Assembly (NCBI GenBank): GCA_963823665.1
Contig: CAWGMQ010000006.1
Span: 1,472,001 to 1,536,000 of the forward strand
Source of the DNA: an uncultured Planctomycetota bacterium
GTDB lineage: Bacteria > Planctomycetota > Planctomycetia > Isosphaerales > Isosphaeraceae
DNA: 64,000 bases
Direction: 5' to 3'
The position numbers and the translations under genes are program-made. Under the pieces are notes generated by a model. The model saw nothing but the letters and a program-made list of their open reading frames with translations, was not told where the DNA came from and did not search any database. Every line of letters begins with the position of its first letter. Within the stretch, counting starts at the first letter, position 1. Below are positions 28,537 through 39,902 of this stretch, piece by piece.

Positions 28537-30936
28537 ATGTCGATGACGCGAGTCTGGAAGTCTTTTCGGTGTTTCCCCGCATTGATTGCACTCATGGCCT
28601 CCGGCGGCGAACCCGCCGGCCGCGGCGCGCCGGGCCCCGGAGCTGAGCCACAACAGCACTCGGAGAACCCAAAGTCGCCGCTGGGGTTTTCGCCGGGCTC
28701 GAGGCGCCGCGCAGCTCGCCGCCGAAGCTCACGCGATTGCCGTGCCAACGCCGGAGAACGCCCGCAAGCTACTGCGCACCATCACGGCCGAGCCCCACGT
28801 CGCCGGCACACCCGCGGATCATAAGCTCGCCATCTTCGTTCGCGACAAGCTCACGGAGTGGGGCTGGAAGGTCGAGATTCAGGAGATGGAGGTTTTGCTC
28901 AACTATCCCTCGGCACCGCCCAGCCTCGCGGTCGAGCGACCCGTCGCCAAAATGCTCTCGCTGGATGAAGCCCCGGTTGTGAACGACAAGGATTCCGCTA
29001 GCACCGCCGCCTTCGGTGCCTTTCATGGATACGGTGTCTCAGGCCAAGCCAAGGGCCAGGTTGTCTACGCGAACTTCGGCCGGCCCGAGGATTTCGAGTC
29101 GCTCGAGAAAATGGGCATCGATGTGAAGGGCAAGATCGTCCTGGTGCGGTACGGCGGGTTGTTCCGCGGTTTGAAAGTTCGAAACGCTCAGACCCGAGGC
29201 GCGGCCGGAATTCTGATTTACTCTGATCCGGCCGATGATGGATTCGCCAAGGGCGATGTTTATCCGGATGGTCCCTTCCGCCCCGCGTCCGCCATTCAGC
29301 GCGGCAGCGTGCAGTTCCTTTCGCTGGGGCCTGGCGACCCGTCGACGCCGTTTGGTCCCTCGGTCAGTGGTGCGAAGCGGTTGCCTTTCGATCGGGATAA
29401 TGGATTCACGTTGCGCACGTCGAGCATTCCGCATAAGGATTATCCGTCAATCGCCGAATGGGAGAAGGAAAGCGGCCTCAAGCGCAGCGAGTATTTTGCG
29501 ACGATCCCCTCTCTCCCGTTGAGCTACGAATCGGCCCACGAGATCTTGGAGCTCCTGGCCGGCCCGAATGTCCCCACGGGTTGGCAGGGTGGTCTGCCAC
29601 TGGCCTACCACGTCGGGCCCGGGCCCGCCGAAATTCAGATGACGGTTTCGATGAATTACGACATCCGCAAAATCTGGAACGTGATCGCGACCATCCCCGG
29701 CACCGTCGAGCCCGATCGCTGGGTGATGGTCGGCAACCACCGCGACGCCTGGGTCTATGGCGCCGTCGACCCCGGCAGCGGTACGGCCGCGACCCTCGAG
29801 ATGTGCCACGCGCTGGGCTCGGCTGTGAAGAACGGATGGAAGCCTCGTCGCACGATCGTCTACGCAAGCTGGGACGCCGAAGAATACGGACTCGTCGGCT
29901 CGACCGAATGGGCCGAGGAACACGCCAAGGAAGTCGATCGAAAAGGTCGTGCTCATGCTCAACGTCGACTCGGCGGTCAGCGGCAAGGAGCTCGAGATGA
30001 GCGGTGTCCCCTCGCTCCGCGACTTGACACTCGATGCGGCCGGGTCGCTCAACGACCCGCGCACCGGCAAGTCTCTGCGAGACTCCTGGTCGAGCACTCA
30101 TCGGTCCGCCTGGGCCGCGACCGCCCCGCTCGTGCTCGCCGATCCGCTCTGGGAGCCGCCGTCCTCCGCAAACGGGACGAGCGGCTCAACCACTCGTGGT
30201 TTCACGCCTCAGATGGGCTGGCTCGGCTCTGGATCGGACTACACGGCCTTTGTCGATCATCTGGGGGTGCCGGTCGTCGACGCCGGATTCAAAGGAAGCT
30301 ATGGTGTTTATCACTCGATCTACGACAATTTCAACTGGATGGAGAAGGTCTGCGACCCCGAGTTCATTTCGCACGCGACGGCTGCCCGGTTCTACACGCT
30401 GATCATCATGCGCGCCGCGGCCGCGCAGGTGGTGCCGCTCACGTTCAAGCCGTACGGCCTGGCGCTTCGCGAGCACGTCGACGAGCTGCGCCGGATGAAG
30501 GCCCACGTCGTTCGCAAGAGTGCCGGCGCCAAGGCCGATGCCAGCATCGATTTCGCCGGTCTGCCCGGGCTGGTCGAAGCCGTTCGCGCGTTTCAGGCCC
30601 AGGCCGAAAAGCTTGACGAGGCGACCGGGAAAGCGGCGTCCTCAGACAGCACTGCCGGCAGCCCTGGCGAAATTGAACGACGCACTTGCGAAAGTGGAGC
30701 GGGCGTTCTTGCTTCCCGATGGCCTGCCCGGCCGCCCGTGGTTCAAGCACGCGGTGTACGCTCCGGGCTTGACCACGGGATATGCGTCCTGGCCGCTGCC
30801 GGCGATTCGTGAAGGGCTCGAGGATGAAAAAACCCCGGACGCGAAGCTGGCGACCCAGGTCGAGCGAACCGTCGAGCGAATCAAGAAGGCGACCGCCGCG
30901 CTCGAAGAAGCACGCCGCTGCGCGAGCCAGCCCTGA
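28537..30936 (+). CDS. M28 glutamate carboxypeptidase II/transferrin-receptor-like peptidase (PA and dimerisation domains); three frameshifts
   Basis: PHVAGT, IQRGSV, GNHRDAW, GAVDPGSG, WDAEEYG, GSGSDY, YHSIYD, RPWFKH; frame breaks near 28705, 29941, 30655. Confidence 0.9.
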
Positions 30937-30992
30937 GCAGCAGCCCGGTCGAGCCACGTCTCGAACTCGAAAGTCGCACAGGAGCACCCTTG

Positions 30993-32497
30993 ATGAGCCA
31001 CGATTCTGATCTTCGCCGGGGGGCGAAGCTGCCGCGGGTGCTGGGTCCAATCGACGCTTTTTGCGTGGTGGTCGGCTGCACCATCGGCTCCGGCATCTTC
31101 CTGGTGCCGGCGAAGATTGCCCAGGATGTTCCATTTATCAGCGGAATCATCCTGGTCTGGGTGATCGGCGGGGTTTTCAGCGGCGCGGTGCGCTGACACT
31201 CGCCGAGCTGGGCGCGATGATGCCGCAGGCGGGCGGTCTTTATGTGTACTTGCGGGCGGCGTATGGGCCGATGCTCGCGTTTCTGTTCGGGTGGGTCGAG
31301 TTCCTGATCGTGCGCTCGGGCTCGATGGCAACTCTGGCCGCCGCGTTCGCCCGCTACTTCGCGCAGCTTTTCCCGCCGGCTTTCGGGATCGGGCCTGAAG
31401 TGTGGCAGGCCGGGGCCGCGATCTTCGCGATCGCGGTGGTGACCACGGTCAACGTGCTGGGCACGCGCCGCGGCGGAACGCTGCAAGTTGTCGGGACGGT
31501 GCTCAAGGTCGGCGGCGTGGCGATCTTGATGGCGCTGCCGTTCGTGCTCCGCCAGGGCACCCTGGCGAACATGACTCCGGTCTGGCCGGGGGCGGTCTCC
31601 GGCGGCACAATCTTCGCAGGCATGATGGCGGCGATGGTGAGCGTGCTCTGGGCCTACGACGGCTGGACAAACGTCACTCCGCTCGCCGAGGAGATTCGCG
31701 ATCCCGGCCGAAACGTCCCCCGGGCCTTGATCATCGGCATGGGCGTTTTGATCGCGGCTTATGTCGGGATGACCCTTGCTTACCACTACGTCTTGCCGAT
31801 GGAGGAAGTCGCGTCGGCCAGCCGTGATTCGGGCCATATCGAGCGAGCCGCCGCCGCGGTCTATTGCAAGGCGCTGCTGGGCCAGCCCGGTGTCGTCGCG
31901 ATCTCGATCCTGGTGATGTGCTCGACGTTCATCTCGTTGAACGGCAATGCGCTCACCGGCCCGCGAGCCTATTTCGCCATGGCGCGTGACCGGCTATTCC
32001 CCGGCTCGCTCTCCCGGGTGCACTCCAGGTTCCAGACCCCGGCCAACGCCATTCTGGCGCAGGGAATCTGGTCCATTCTGCTCACGATTGCGGGCACGGT
32101 TTTGATCCTTGTGCCCCCTCCAGATTCCCCGGACGGGCTCGCCGGTCCGCTCGAGGTGGCCTGGAAGCGGCTGAACCAGACGCCGCTTTACGACTTGCTG
32201 TACACTTACGTGATCTTCGGCGCCAATCTTTTCTACATGCTGGCGATCAGCAGTGTGTTCGTGCTTCGCATTCGTCGTCCCGAGCTGCCGCGCCCCTATC
32301 GCACCGTGGGCTATCCCGTGACGCCGCTACTCTACGTGGCCGGCGGTATGGTGCTCTTGGGCAGCATGCTCCTCGACCACGCCAGCCGCGTGCAGTCCCT
32401 GGTGGGCATCGGAATCATCCTCCTGGGCGTTCCAGCCTACTGGATCTTCCGGCGAGCCAACCGCGGTGACGAGTTGCTTGAGGCGGATATCCACTGA
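30993..32497 (+). CDS. APC family amino acid permease; frameshift near 31185
   Basis: IGSGIF, AELGAMMPQAGG, WAYDGW, LAEEIRDPGRN, RPYR. Confidence 0.92.
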
Positions 32498-32523
32498 GCC
32501 CATATGGCGGCTACGTCTTCTTG

Positions 32524-32559
32524 CTCTTACTCGTACTCTTACTCATACTCTTTCTCGTA
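32524..32559. repeat. Degenerate hexamer tandem repeat (CTCnTA x6)
   Basis: CTCTTA CTCGTA CTCTTA CTCATA CTCTTT CTCGTA. Confidence 0.7.
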
Positions 32560-32599
32560 GTCCCACTCCTATTCATCTCAATTCAACTGAAATGGCGGA

Positions 32600-32623
32600 C
32601 GACACACGGAGTGTGCCTGCTAC
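32600..32623 (-). repeat. GTAG-type REP (GTAGCAGGCACACTCCGTGTG..)
   Basis: Reverse complement matches 36627-36650 with two mismatches. Confidence 0.7.
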
Positions 32624-32629
32624 GGAATC

Positions 32630-32900
32630 CTAAGGCTTCGTCGCCCTCTCATCCAGCACGGGCGTCCCGCCTGATTCCTTGATCAACTTGGCCAGATCAT
32701 CGTTCTCGCCGTCTTTCGTCAAATCCTGGTCCTTCTTCGCCAGCATGATGAGACCGATGCACATCTCGGCAGTGGTTGCTTCACCCCAGCGCACGACTTT
32801 GGGCGGTGAATTCGGGTTCCTCGGATTCCCGGCTGTGCACCTGCACGACGATATCGGCCTTCTTCCGCAACGAACTGCCGATACCGCCGTTCGTAAGCGA
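32630..32900 (-). pseudogene. Internally deleted relic of a Cu type II monooxygenase-like protein
   Basis: GIGSSLRKKADIVVQVH abuts, in another frame, NPRNPNSPPKVVRWGEATTAEMC; from recall these motifs lie far apart in intact homologs. Confidence 0.6.
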
Positions 32901-33139
32901 ATGTGGTGTCCGACGCACACGATAGCACCCCGTTTGTTGTAACCAAGGGTTCGCGACCCGGCTCTCTTTAGTGTGGAGTATTATCGCGACTGCAAGCAGA
33001 GCGCGAATCTCCGCCCATCTCGCAAGGTTTTTCGACGTCCTCGGCACCTCATTGGCGAGCAAATGAGCCCGGCATTTACGACAGCTCGCAAGAGCTGGTC
33101 GGGTACGGGTTTACCACCGATTGTTCAGGGAGAAGCAGC

Positions 33140-34324
33140 ATGTTTCACAGCCTTCATTCATCGCGCCGCCGTCAGATGCACCCGTCCTTGCACACGCTCG
33201 AGGAACGCACGCTGCTGAATGCCGCGATGCCGCGACCTCCTGACGGTATGGCGGATCGAGCGGAAGTTTTTGACGCGAAGCCCAAACACCCGTTGCCGCC
33301 CCTTGTGCCGCTTCTTCCGGCATCACCATCGCTCAAATTGACCACGGTCCCCGCGAGTGGCGATGTGAACCCCTATGGATTGGCGGTCGTGCCCAAGGGC
33401 CGGTCGGGTGGTACGCTGGTCCCGGGTGAATACCTCGTTGCGAACTTCAACGACTCCCTGAATGTTCAGGGAACGGGGACTTCGATCGTGGCGATCAACC
33501 CGAGCGCGCCGTCGTCGCCCGCGACGGTCTTCTACAACTCGACTGCGAAGGGGATGACGGAAGCGTTCAACGTGGTGCGGCTCGACGGTGCCGATTTTGT
33601 GATCGCCGGCAATGTCCCCACCACCGACGGAACGTTCGGCACGATCGGAGCTGGCTCACTCCAGATCATCAACGCCAAGGGCCAGCTTGTGCAAACACTG
33701 ACGGATTCGACGCTGCTTGACGGACCGTGGGCCTCGGCAGTGAATGTGCAGGGTGACACGGCGCAGTTGTTCGTCTCCAACGTCCTGAGCGGCACGATCA
33801 CGCGCATCGACCTGAAGGGCGTGAAGAAGCATGGTCAGGTCAGCGTGAAGGTCGAGAGCATGACGCAGATCGCCTCGGGCTACACCGTGGCAGCAAACGC
33901 GGCGGCGGTCGTCGTCGGCCCTGGCGGCCTGGTATATGACGCGAAAAACAAGACGCTTTACGTGGCCGCGACCGGCAACAACGAGATTTTCTCCGTGCCA
34001 AACGCAGCCAGGACGCGCGTGGACAACGGGAAAGGCGGCTTGATCTATCAGGATCCGGCACATCTTCGCGGTCCAATCGGACTGGCACTTGCGCCCAACG
34101 GCGATTTACTTGCGACCAACGATGATGCCGTCAACGGCAATCCCAGCTTCCCGAGCGAGCTAGTCGAGTTCACGGCGACCGGCCAGTTCGTCAGCCAGCT
34201 CTCTCTCGACCCTGCCCAGGGGGCTGCTTTCCAGATTCTGGTGCAGGTGAGCGGTAAGACAGCCACACTCGTGTCGGTCAATGACGACACGAATACGCTG
34301 GATTTCCGGACGGCTACTTTGTGA
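33140..34324 (+). CDS. Secreted beta-propeller-like (NHL-type) protein with LE.R.LL leader
   Basis: LHTLEERTLLN, GDVNPYGLAVVP, DGPWA, GPGGL, GPIGLALAPNG. Confidence 0.82.
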   Translation: MFHSLHSSRRRQMHPSLHTLEERTLLNAAMPRPPDGMADRAEVFDAKPKHPLPPLVPLLPASPSLKLTTVPASGDVNPYGLAVVPKGRSGGTLVPGEYLVANFNDSLNVQGTGTSIVAINPSAPSSPATVFYNSTAKGMTEAFNVVRLDGADFVIAGNVPTTDGTFGTIGAGSLQIINAKGQLVQTLTDSTLLDGPWASAVNVQGDTAQLFVSNVLSGTITRIDLKGVKKHGQVSVKVESMTQIASGYTVAANAAAVVVGPGGLVYDAKNKTLYVAATGNNEIFSVPNAARTRVDNGKGGLIYQDPAHLRGPIGLALAPNGDLLATNDDAVNGNPSFPSELVEFTATGQFVSQLSLDPAQGAAFQILVQVSGKTATLVSVNDDTNTLDFRTATL

Positions 34325-34371
34325 TCGATCGGCAACGCTCATCGATCCCATGGCGAGAGTCATTGCGCGAG

Positions 34372-34676
34372 CCCTTGTTCCGACGCGGAGCGTCGGAACA
34401 AGGGGAGAAGCGGAGACGCAGAGCGTCGGAACAAGGCCGCTTGAGCGAATCGTCGTTAATTCCTCGTACCGACGCTCCGCGTCGGAACGAACGTTTTCCA
34501 CGCTCTGCGTGTTCCCCTTCGTTCGCATGCCTCGCGTGTTCCTTCTCGTACCGACGCTCCGCGTCGGAACGAACGTTTTCCACGCTCTGCGTGTTCCCCT
34601 TCGTTCGCATGCCTCGCGTGTTCCTTCTCGTACCGACGCTCCGCGTCGGAACGGTCGTCTTTCATGCTCTGCGTGC
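34372..34676. repeat. REP array 3' of the RAYT: 15-bp palindrome plus two perfect 82-bp units and a partial third
   Basis: CCCTTGTTCCGACGC-GGA-GCGTCGGAACAAGGG at 34372; units starting CTCGTACCGACGCTCCGCGTCGGAACG at 34463, 34545, 34627. Confidence 0.92.
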
Positions 34677-34692
34677 CCGCGAAGAGCGGCCG

Positions 34693-35229
34693 TCACATCC
34701 AGTCGACGATCACCGGCACGAGCGCAGGCAGCTTTGCGTAGTTCCGCGCGCTCGAATACCGCCAGTGAACCGGATCGTCAACGTAGCCACGCCTCACCGG
34801 ATTATTGTGGATGTATTCCAATTTCTGCCACATCGTGGCTTCGTCTGCGATCATCTTCGGGTGGCTTCCTTCTTGCCAGAGCTGATGCTCTCGATTTGTC
34901 TTGTGCGGCAGCTTGAAATGTCGCAGGATGTCGAGAGTCAATGTGCTGCCCGTTTCCTGCAAGCGGTCAATGATGCGACGTGCTGAATACGACTTGAAAT
35001 CCCCGACTTCTTTCGAGAGGTCTTCGCCCGTCGCGATCAGATGCAGGTGATTCTCCAGTATCACATATCCCAGCAGGTGCATTCGGTCACGATCGTGGAG
35101 GAATCGCCACGAGTCGAGCACAATTTCAACCAGGTCCGTTCGCGTGAAGACCGGTTGCCAGCCCACGATCGTGCAGGTGACGAAGTGCGGGTAGCCCGAC
35201 TCGCCGAACTTGTAGCGAGAACGACTCAT
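34693..35229 (-). mobile_element. REP-associated tyrosine transposase (RAYT, IS200-like Y1 HUH)
   Basis: HFVTCT, YVILENHLHLI (HUH), DFKSYSA, LWQEG, YIHNNPVRRG, WRYSS; REP arrays on both sides. Confidence 0.93.
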
Positions 35230-35427
35230 GTTCACATTCCTCAATGGCCTTCATTGAAGTTCTGTCGAAGCCCTGCTCTGTGTAGCGTGTTTTTGACCGG
35301 GCGGGTAGCGCGCAGGAAAAATGCAGAAGATGGTCCGACACACTGGTATACCACAAGTCGAGTGCGGGGGACGATGAACAGCACGCTGTCTTTCGGTATG
35401 TACGGTGCCGAGCACTGCTTGTGCGGG

Positions 35428-35603
35428 GACGCAGAGCGTCAAGAGCGGTGTTCCGACGCGGAGCGTCGGAACAAGGGGAGAGCGGAGACGCAGAGCGTCA
35501 AGAGGTGTGTTCCGACGCGGAGCGTCGGAACAAGGTCGTGTGAGCGACTGCTCCTCGTTCCGACGCTCTGCGTCGGAACGGCCGTATTCCACGCTCTGCG
35601 TGG
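35428..35603. repeat. REP array 5' of the RAYT (two 59-bp-period units plus an inverted unit)
   Basis: GACGCAGAGCGTCAAGAG..GTTCCGACGCGGAGCGTCGGAACAAGG at 35428 and 35487; inverted copy at 35554. Confidence 0.9.
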
Positions 35604-35642
35604 TCCGCACCGATCGGAGGGGTGCCGGGCAGCCCTGGCTAC

Positions 35643-36497
35643 TCAATCGATCGCCGCTTTACCCACAGCGCGCCAACCCGCCACGATGGCCGCGATCAAG
35701 TGCCCGAGCTTGGGGTGGGGCGGCTCGATATCGACCGGCAGGCCGTGTAAACGCAGCGTTTCCGACGTCGTCGGCCCGATTGAGCCCACCACTGTGTGTT
35801 TCTCCATCGCGGCACGGATATCGGCCTCGCGACCCTCGAGGGCGGCGATCGAAAGGAGATGCTCGATTTGCTGGGATGATGTGAACAGGGCGATTCCAAC
35901 CCGGCCCATCGCAAGCTCGACGATCGCTTTTCGCAGCGGCTCGAGATCTTCGGGTAGCGCCCAGCGATAGACTCGCACTTGCGTGACGGCCGCCCCGCGC
36001 AGCACCAAGCCTTCGACCAGCTCGGCGTTCGGAGCACCGTATTCCTGCACCGCAACCCGCAAGCCCTCGACCGGCAGTTGCTGATCGAGCAGACCGAGCG
36101 TCTCGTGCCAGGTATTCGGAGAAGGCACTTGGAAGTCCACTCGCGCACCCAGCTCGCGCAGGGCGGCGGTCGGCTTGGGCCCGCGCGCGACGACCCGCGT
36201 TTTTTCGAGCGCGCCAATCCAGCTCTCCCGCGGCATCCGGGTCTCGATCGCTTGCGCCAGGTAACGCACACCGGCGCCGGTCTCGAAGATAACGACGTCG
36301 AACCCGCCCACCGAGAGCGTCTGGGCGAACGCCGTGACCTCAGGGCTTTCACCCAGCGGAATCTCCCGTAGTGCGGGGGCGGCCAGCACAACGCCGCCGT
36401 TCCGGGCGATCATGTCCGCCACGGTCCCCGCCATTCGTGCTTCAAAGACGGCCACCCGCACGCCGGCCAGCGAGGGTGATTCGGACGGATTTGTCAT
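35643..36497 (-). CDS. hemD: Uroporphyrinogen-III synthase
   Basis: VAVFEAR, APALREIP, VARGPKP, VYRWALP, SIGPTT. Confidence 0.9.
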   Translation of the reverse strand: MTNPSESPSLAGVRVAVFEARMAGTVADMIARNGGVVLAAPALREIPLGESPEVTAFAQTLSVGGFDVVIFETGAGVRYLAQAIETRMPRESWIGALEKTRVVARGPKPTAALRELGARVDFQVPSPNTWHETLGLLDQQLPVEGLRVAVQEYGAPNAELVEGLVLRGAAVTQVRVYRWALPEDLEPLRKAIVELAMGRVGIALFTSSQQIEHLLSIAALEGREADIRAAMEKHTVVGSIGPTTSETLRLHGLPVDIEPPHPKLGHLIAAIVAGWRAVGKAAID

Positions 36498-36532
36498 GAT
36501 CAGTTCCTTGAATCTCGCTGGGTATCTTCATT

Positions 36533-36650
36533 GCCTCGGCCGAAAACGCCCTTTCGCGGAGCGAAAGGCGACCATTTTCACCGCCTCGGCCGAATACGCA
36601 CTTTCGCGGAGCAAAAGGCGACCATTGTAGCAGGGACACTCCGTGTGCCG
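36533..36650. repeat. REP cluster: two 50-bp-period repeats plus a GTAG REP
   Basis: GCCTCGGCCGAA..CTTTCGC-GGA-GC(G/A)AAAGGCGACCATT at 36533 and 36583; GTAGCAGGGACACTCCGTGTGCCG at 36627. Confidence 0.8.
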
Positions 36651-36830
36651 CCCGCCTTCCGCACAGGGAGGCGCGTTTATTCTAGCCTCTCACCCAGCTC
36701 GGCGGCGCTTTCTGATGACATCGATTCTTCGGCGCTACGGCTATCCGTCGCGTTTCCTGGTACGATCTCGAAAAGCTCGCCGCGGGCTGGGCCGCTAAGC
36801 GTGACTCTTACTCGATGGAAGGGAAACAAC

Positions 36831-37169
36831 GTGTTCGTTACGACGACATTCACGATCGAAGGCCACCAGATCGTCGAGTACAAGGGAGTCGTGCGCGGGA
36901 TCATCGTCCGCGCACCCACGATCACGCAAGGGATTATCGGCGGATTGAAGAGTATCATTGGCGGACAAATCGGTGCTTACGCCACGATGTGCGAGCAAGC
37001 GCGTCAGCAGGCGTATGATCTCTTGCTGGAACACGCCCAGGAAGTGGGAGCGAATGCGGTAGTCGGGCTGCGATATGAGAGTTCCGAGGTTGGAGGCAAG
37101 GCGGCCGCGGCGACGGAGGTGCTGTGTTACGGCACGGCGGTGGTGGTGCGTCCCAGCCGGGCGGTCTGA
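36831..37169 (+). CDS. YbjQ/UPF0145 family protein
   Basis: GTG start; VTTTFTIEG, IGGQIGAY, GANAVVGLRYE, EVLCYGTAV. Confidence 0.92.
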   Translation: MFVTTTFTIEGHQIVEYKGVVRGIIVRAPTITQGIIGGLKSIIGGQIGAYATMCEQARQQAYDLLLEHAQEVGANAVVGLRYESSEVGGKAAAATEVLCYGTAVVVRPSRAV

Positions 37170-37197
37170 CCGAAACTCACGCGTTGGTGCACGCGAC

Positions 37198-37815
37198 ATG
37201 CTCGACAACCTTGAGGAGGTCGATTGGAGCTCGCTCAAGCACGCACACGGCGTGGCCGCTGACGTGCCTGGGCTGCTTCGATCTTTAGCCTCGAGCGAAC
37301 CGAAGGTGCGCGAGGAGTCGATCTACGAGCTCTTCGGCAACATCTGGCACCAGGGCACCGTTTACCCGGCGACTGCCGCTGCTGTGCCGTTCCTCTACGC
37401 GTTGCTCACCGCTCCCGATGTGGAAGACAAGCCAAGCATTGCGCATCTACTCGCCTGCATCGCGGATGGTTCGGGTTATCTCGAGGTGCACGCCGCGATC
37501 GAACTCGGCGGCGTGACCTGGCGCAAGATCCTTAGCGACCAGGGCAGGTCGCTCGACGATGAGCTTGCCCGTGAGGCTGCGGAGATTCAGTCAGTCCGTC
37601 GGGCAGCGTCTTCTGGATTGCGCCATTTGCTGCCGTATCTCGTTGACGCGGAGAACGAAATTCGACGATCCATCGCGACTGCGCTCGGCAATTATCTTGC
37701 ACATTCAGGCTGGTCGTTACCGGCGATCGAGGCCGCTGTCGAGTCGGAGCAGGATGAAGAGGTCGTGGACGCTCTTGCGGAGAGCTTCACGCGCCTTTCC
37801 GGCCACCGCGCGTGA
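37198..37815 (+). CDS. HEAT-repeat-like hypothetical protein
   Basis: VDWSSLKHAHG.AADVP, HQGTVYPATAAAVPFL. Confidence 0.8.
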   Translation: MLDNLEEVDWSSLKHAHGVAADVPGLLRSLASSEPKVREESIYELFGNIWHQGTVYPATAAAVPFLYALLTAPDVEDKPSIAHLLACIADGSGYLEVHAAIELGGVTWRKILSDQGRSLDDELAREAAEIQSVRRAASSGLRHLLPYLVDAENEIRRSIATALGNYLAHSGWSLPAIEAAVESEQDEEVVDALAESFTRLSGHRA

Positions 37816-38615
37816 TGTTCGCTCGTCGGGCTCGGGTCGCTCGGTGTGTCGACGGGCGAACCGACTGGAGTTCGATACGTGAATCCTGGGGCGGTTCGAA
37901 ACATGACGCCACAGGAAGCAATCACCATCTGCCGGACGGCATGTCACCGAAAGCGCACGCTGGCCCGCGCCGCTCATCGCCTACCTCGATGATCCGGCAA
38001 ATGTCGGGCGCGGGTTCGACTGGGTTTGTGGTTGTGTCGCGGAGCTTCTCAGGTTTTACGGCAGGGCGACGCCTGAAATCATCGAAGCGCTATCCTTGGC
38101 TCGCCGGCACGCTGACCACGGTGGCGAACTGGAACGAATCGATCGAACGGCCTGGGTTTTCTGGGCCCGGCGCTCGATGGAAGACCCGGTGTTCACGGCC
38201 GTTGCCCAACTCCTGTTTGCACTCTCTCGGGGCGACCGCTCTGATCGTAATGGGTTCGCAGGTGCCTGCGCGACACCGATCTGCCTGCTGGAACGGCTAG
38301 AGTCTTGCAGCGGGGAAGTGCTGGATCGGGTCGTTGCGCATTTCTCGAGGTATGTTGGCGGGCGGTAAGCGGAGTTGTCGCGTTAGGGGCTTGACCCCTT
38401 CTGAATCAAGAACACGAACTCTGTGGTCAGCAGTGACGGCTAGGCGCGGCCGGTCGGAATTGCCAGATAGGATTCGGCGGTCGATCGCTCTGTGCGATCG
38501 GGCTTGCGCCCGAGGTTGGCGGACATTCGTCTCGTCCGAACCACGCACTCACGTGCGTGGTCACTGATCTCAATCTTCCGGCAGCCCCGCCTACGTGCGC
38601 GGTCACCGATCTCGA

Positions 38616-39858
38616 TCATTCGGCGGCACCGCCCGGCGCCAGCGAAACCCGCTCGAGCGCCATCCCGCTTCGTCCGATGAAGACGCCCTCCCACGCCCGG
38701 CTTGCGTGAGCCAGCGCCAGGGCACCGCCGAAGCCGCCGGCGATCGCGAAGACGAAGAAGCCGGCACCAAAGCTGCCGGTCATCTGCTTGACGCTTCCCA
38801 GAAGGTTCGGCAGCAAGAACCCGCCCAGGCCGCCGGCGGCGCCGATGACGCCCGTGGCCACCCCGATCTCGCTGGGAAATCGGTTCGGAACGAGCTGAAA
38901 CACGGCGCCGTTGCCCATGCCCAGAAGGCCCATCACCGCAAACAGCAAGAGCGTTGCCACGCCGAGAATCGGCAGCGTCGACACGGCGAGCACGGCGAAG
39001 CCGACAGAAATGTAGAGCAACGTCAGCATCCGCACTCCGCCCAGCCGGTCGGCAAGATAGCCGCCGACTGGTCGCAGGAACGAGCCGGCGAGCACACACA
39101 GCGTGGTGAAACCGCCGGCCTGCACCTTGGTCAGCCCATACTGGCTCAGGAAGAAGACGTTCAGAAAACTGGCCAGGCCGACAAACCCGCCGAACGTGAT
39201 CGAATAGAACAGGCAGAACCACCAGGTGTCACGCATCCGCAGCACGCCGGCGTAATCCGCCAGCGAGCGATGGCGCTCCCTGATTCGGACTGTCCCTGGC
39301 AAGAAAGACGAAGAGCAAGAGCGTCGCGACGAGCGGCACGAGCGCCAGGCCGAAGACAGTGTGCCAGCCCCAGATCTCCGCGAGCCGCGGTCCAACCAAG
39401 GTCGCCAGGGCCGTTCCGCTATTGCCGGCGCCGGCGATTCCCATCGCCAGCCCCTGATACCTCGGCGGATACCAGCGGCTGGCCAGCGGGAGCGCTGCCG
39501 CGAAGCTGGCCCCGGAGACGCCCAGCAGCAGGCCGACGAGGAGCATCTGGCCAAAACTGCCTGCCCATAACCAGCCCAGGAGGAGCGGAAGCGTCGTCAA
39601 GCACATTCCCAGAATGCCGGTGCGCCTGGCGCCCAAGTGATCCGCCAGAAGCCCCAGCACCAGCCGCAGCAGGGCGCCGCCTAAGAGCGGCACGGCCACC
39701 AGGAGCCCTTTCTGAGAGTCCGAGAGACCGAACTCCGGAACGATGAAGTTCGCCAGCGCTCCCGGGAGGATCCAGACCATGAAGCTGATATCAAAATAAA
39801 GGAATGCGCTGAACAACGTGGGCAGATGGCCGGCGCGGCGGAAGTCGCGAAAATCCAT
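38616..39858 (-). CDS. narK: NarK/NNP family nitrate/nitrite MFS transporter; frameshift near 39272
   Basis: FLYFDISFMVW, GASFA..LPLASRWYP, GAGNSG, FGGFVG, GMGNGAVFQLVP. Confidence 0.9.
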
Positions 39859-39902
39859 AAACAAATCCTGGAAAATCAGATCAAATCAAATCAGGAAAGA
39901 TG

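Noticed and set aside
34463..34676. Palindromic 27-nt repeat every 82 bp resembling a CRISPR array
   Set aside because: The two intervening sequences are identical, no cas genes are present, and the same hairpin flanks a RAYT in both orientations: a REP array.
34160..35970. ORFs with repeated VPTRSVGT / LVPTLRVGT peptides
   Set aside because: Translations of the REP arrays, not genes.
37812..38600. Short ORFs between the HEAT-like gene and narK
   Set aside because: No recognisable family; possibly decayed sequence.
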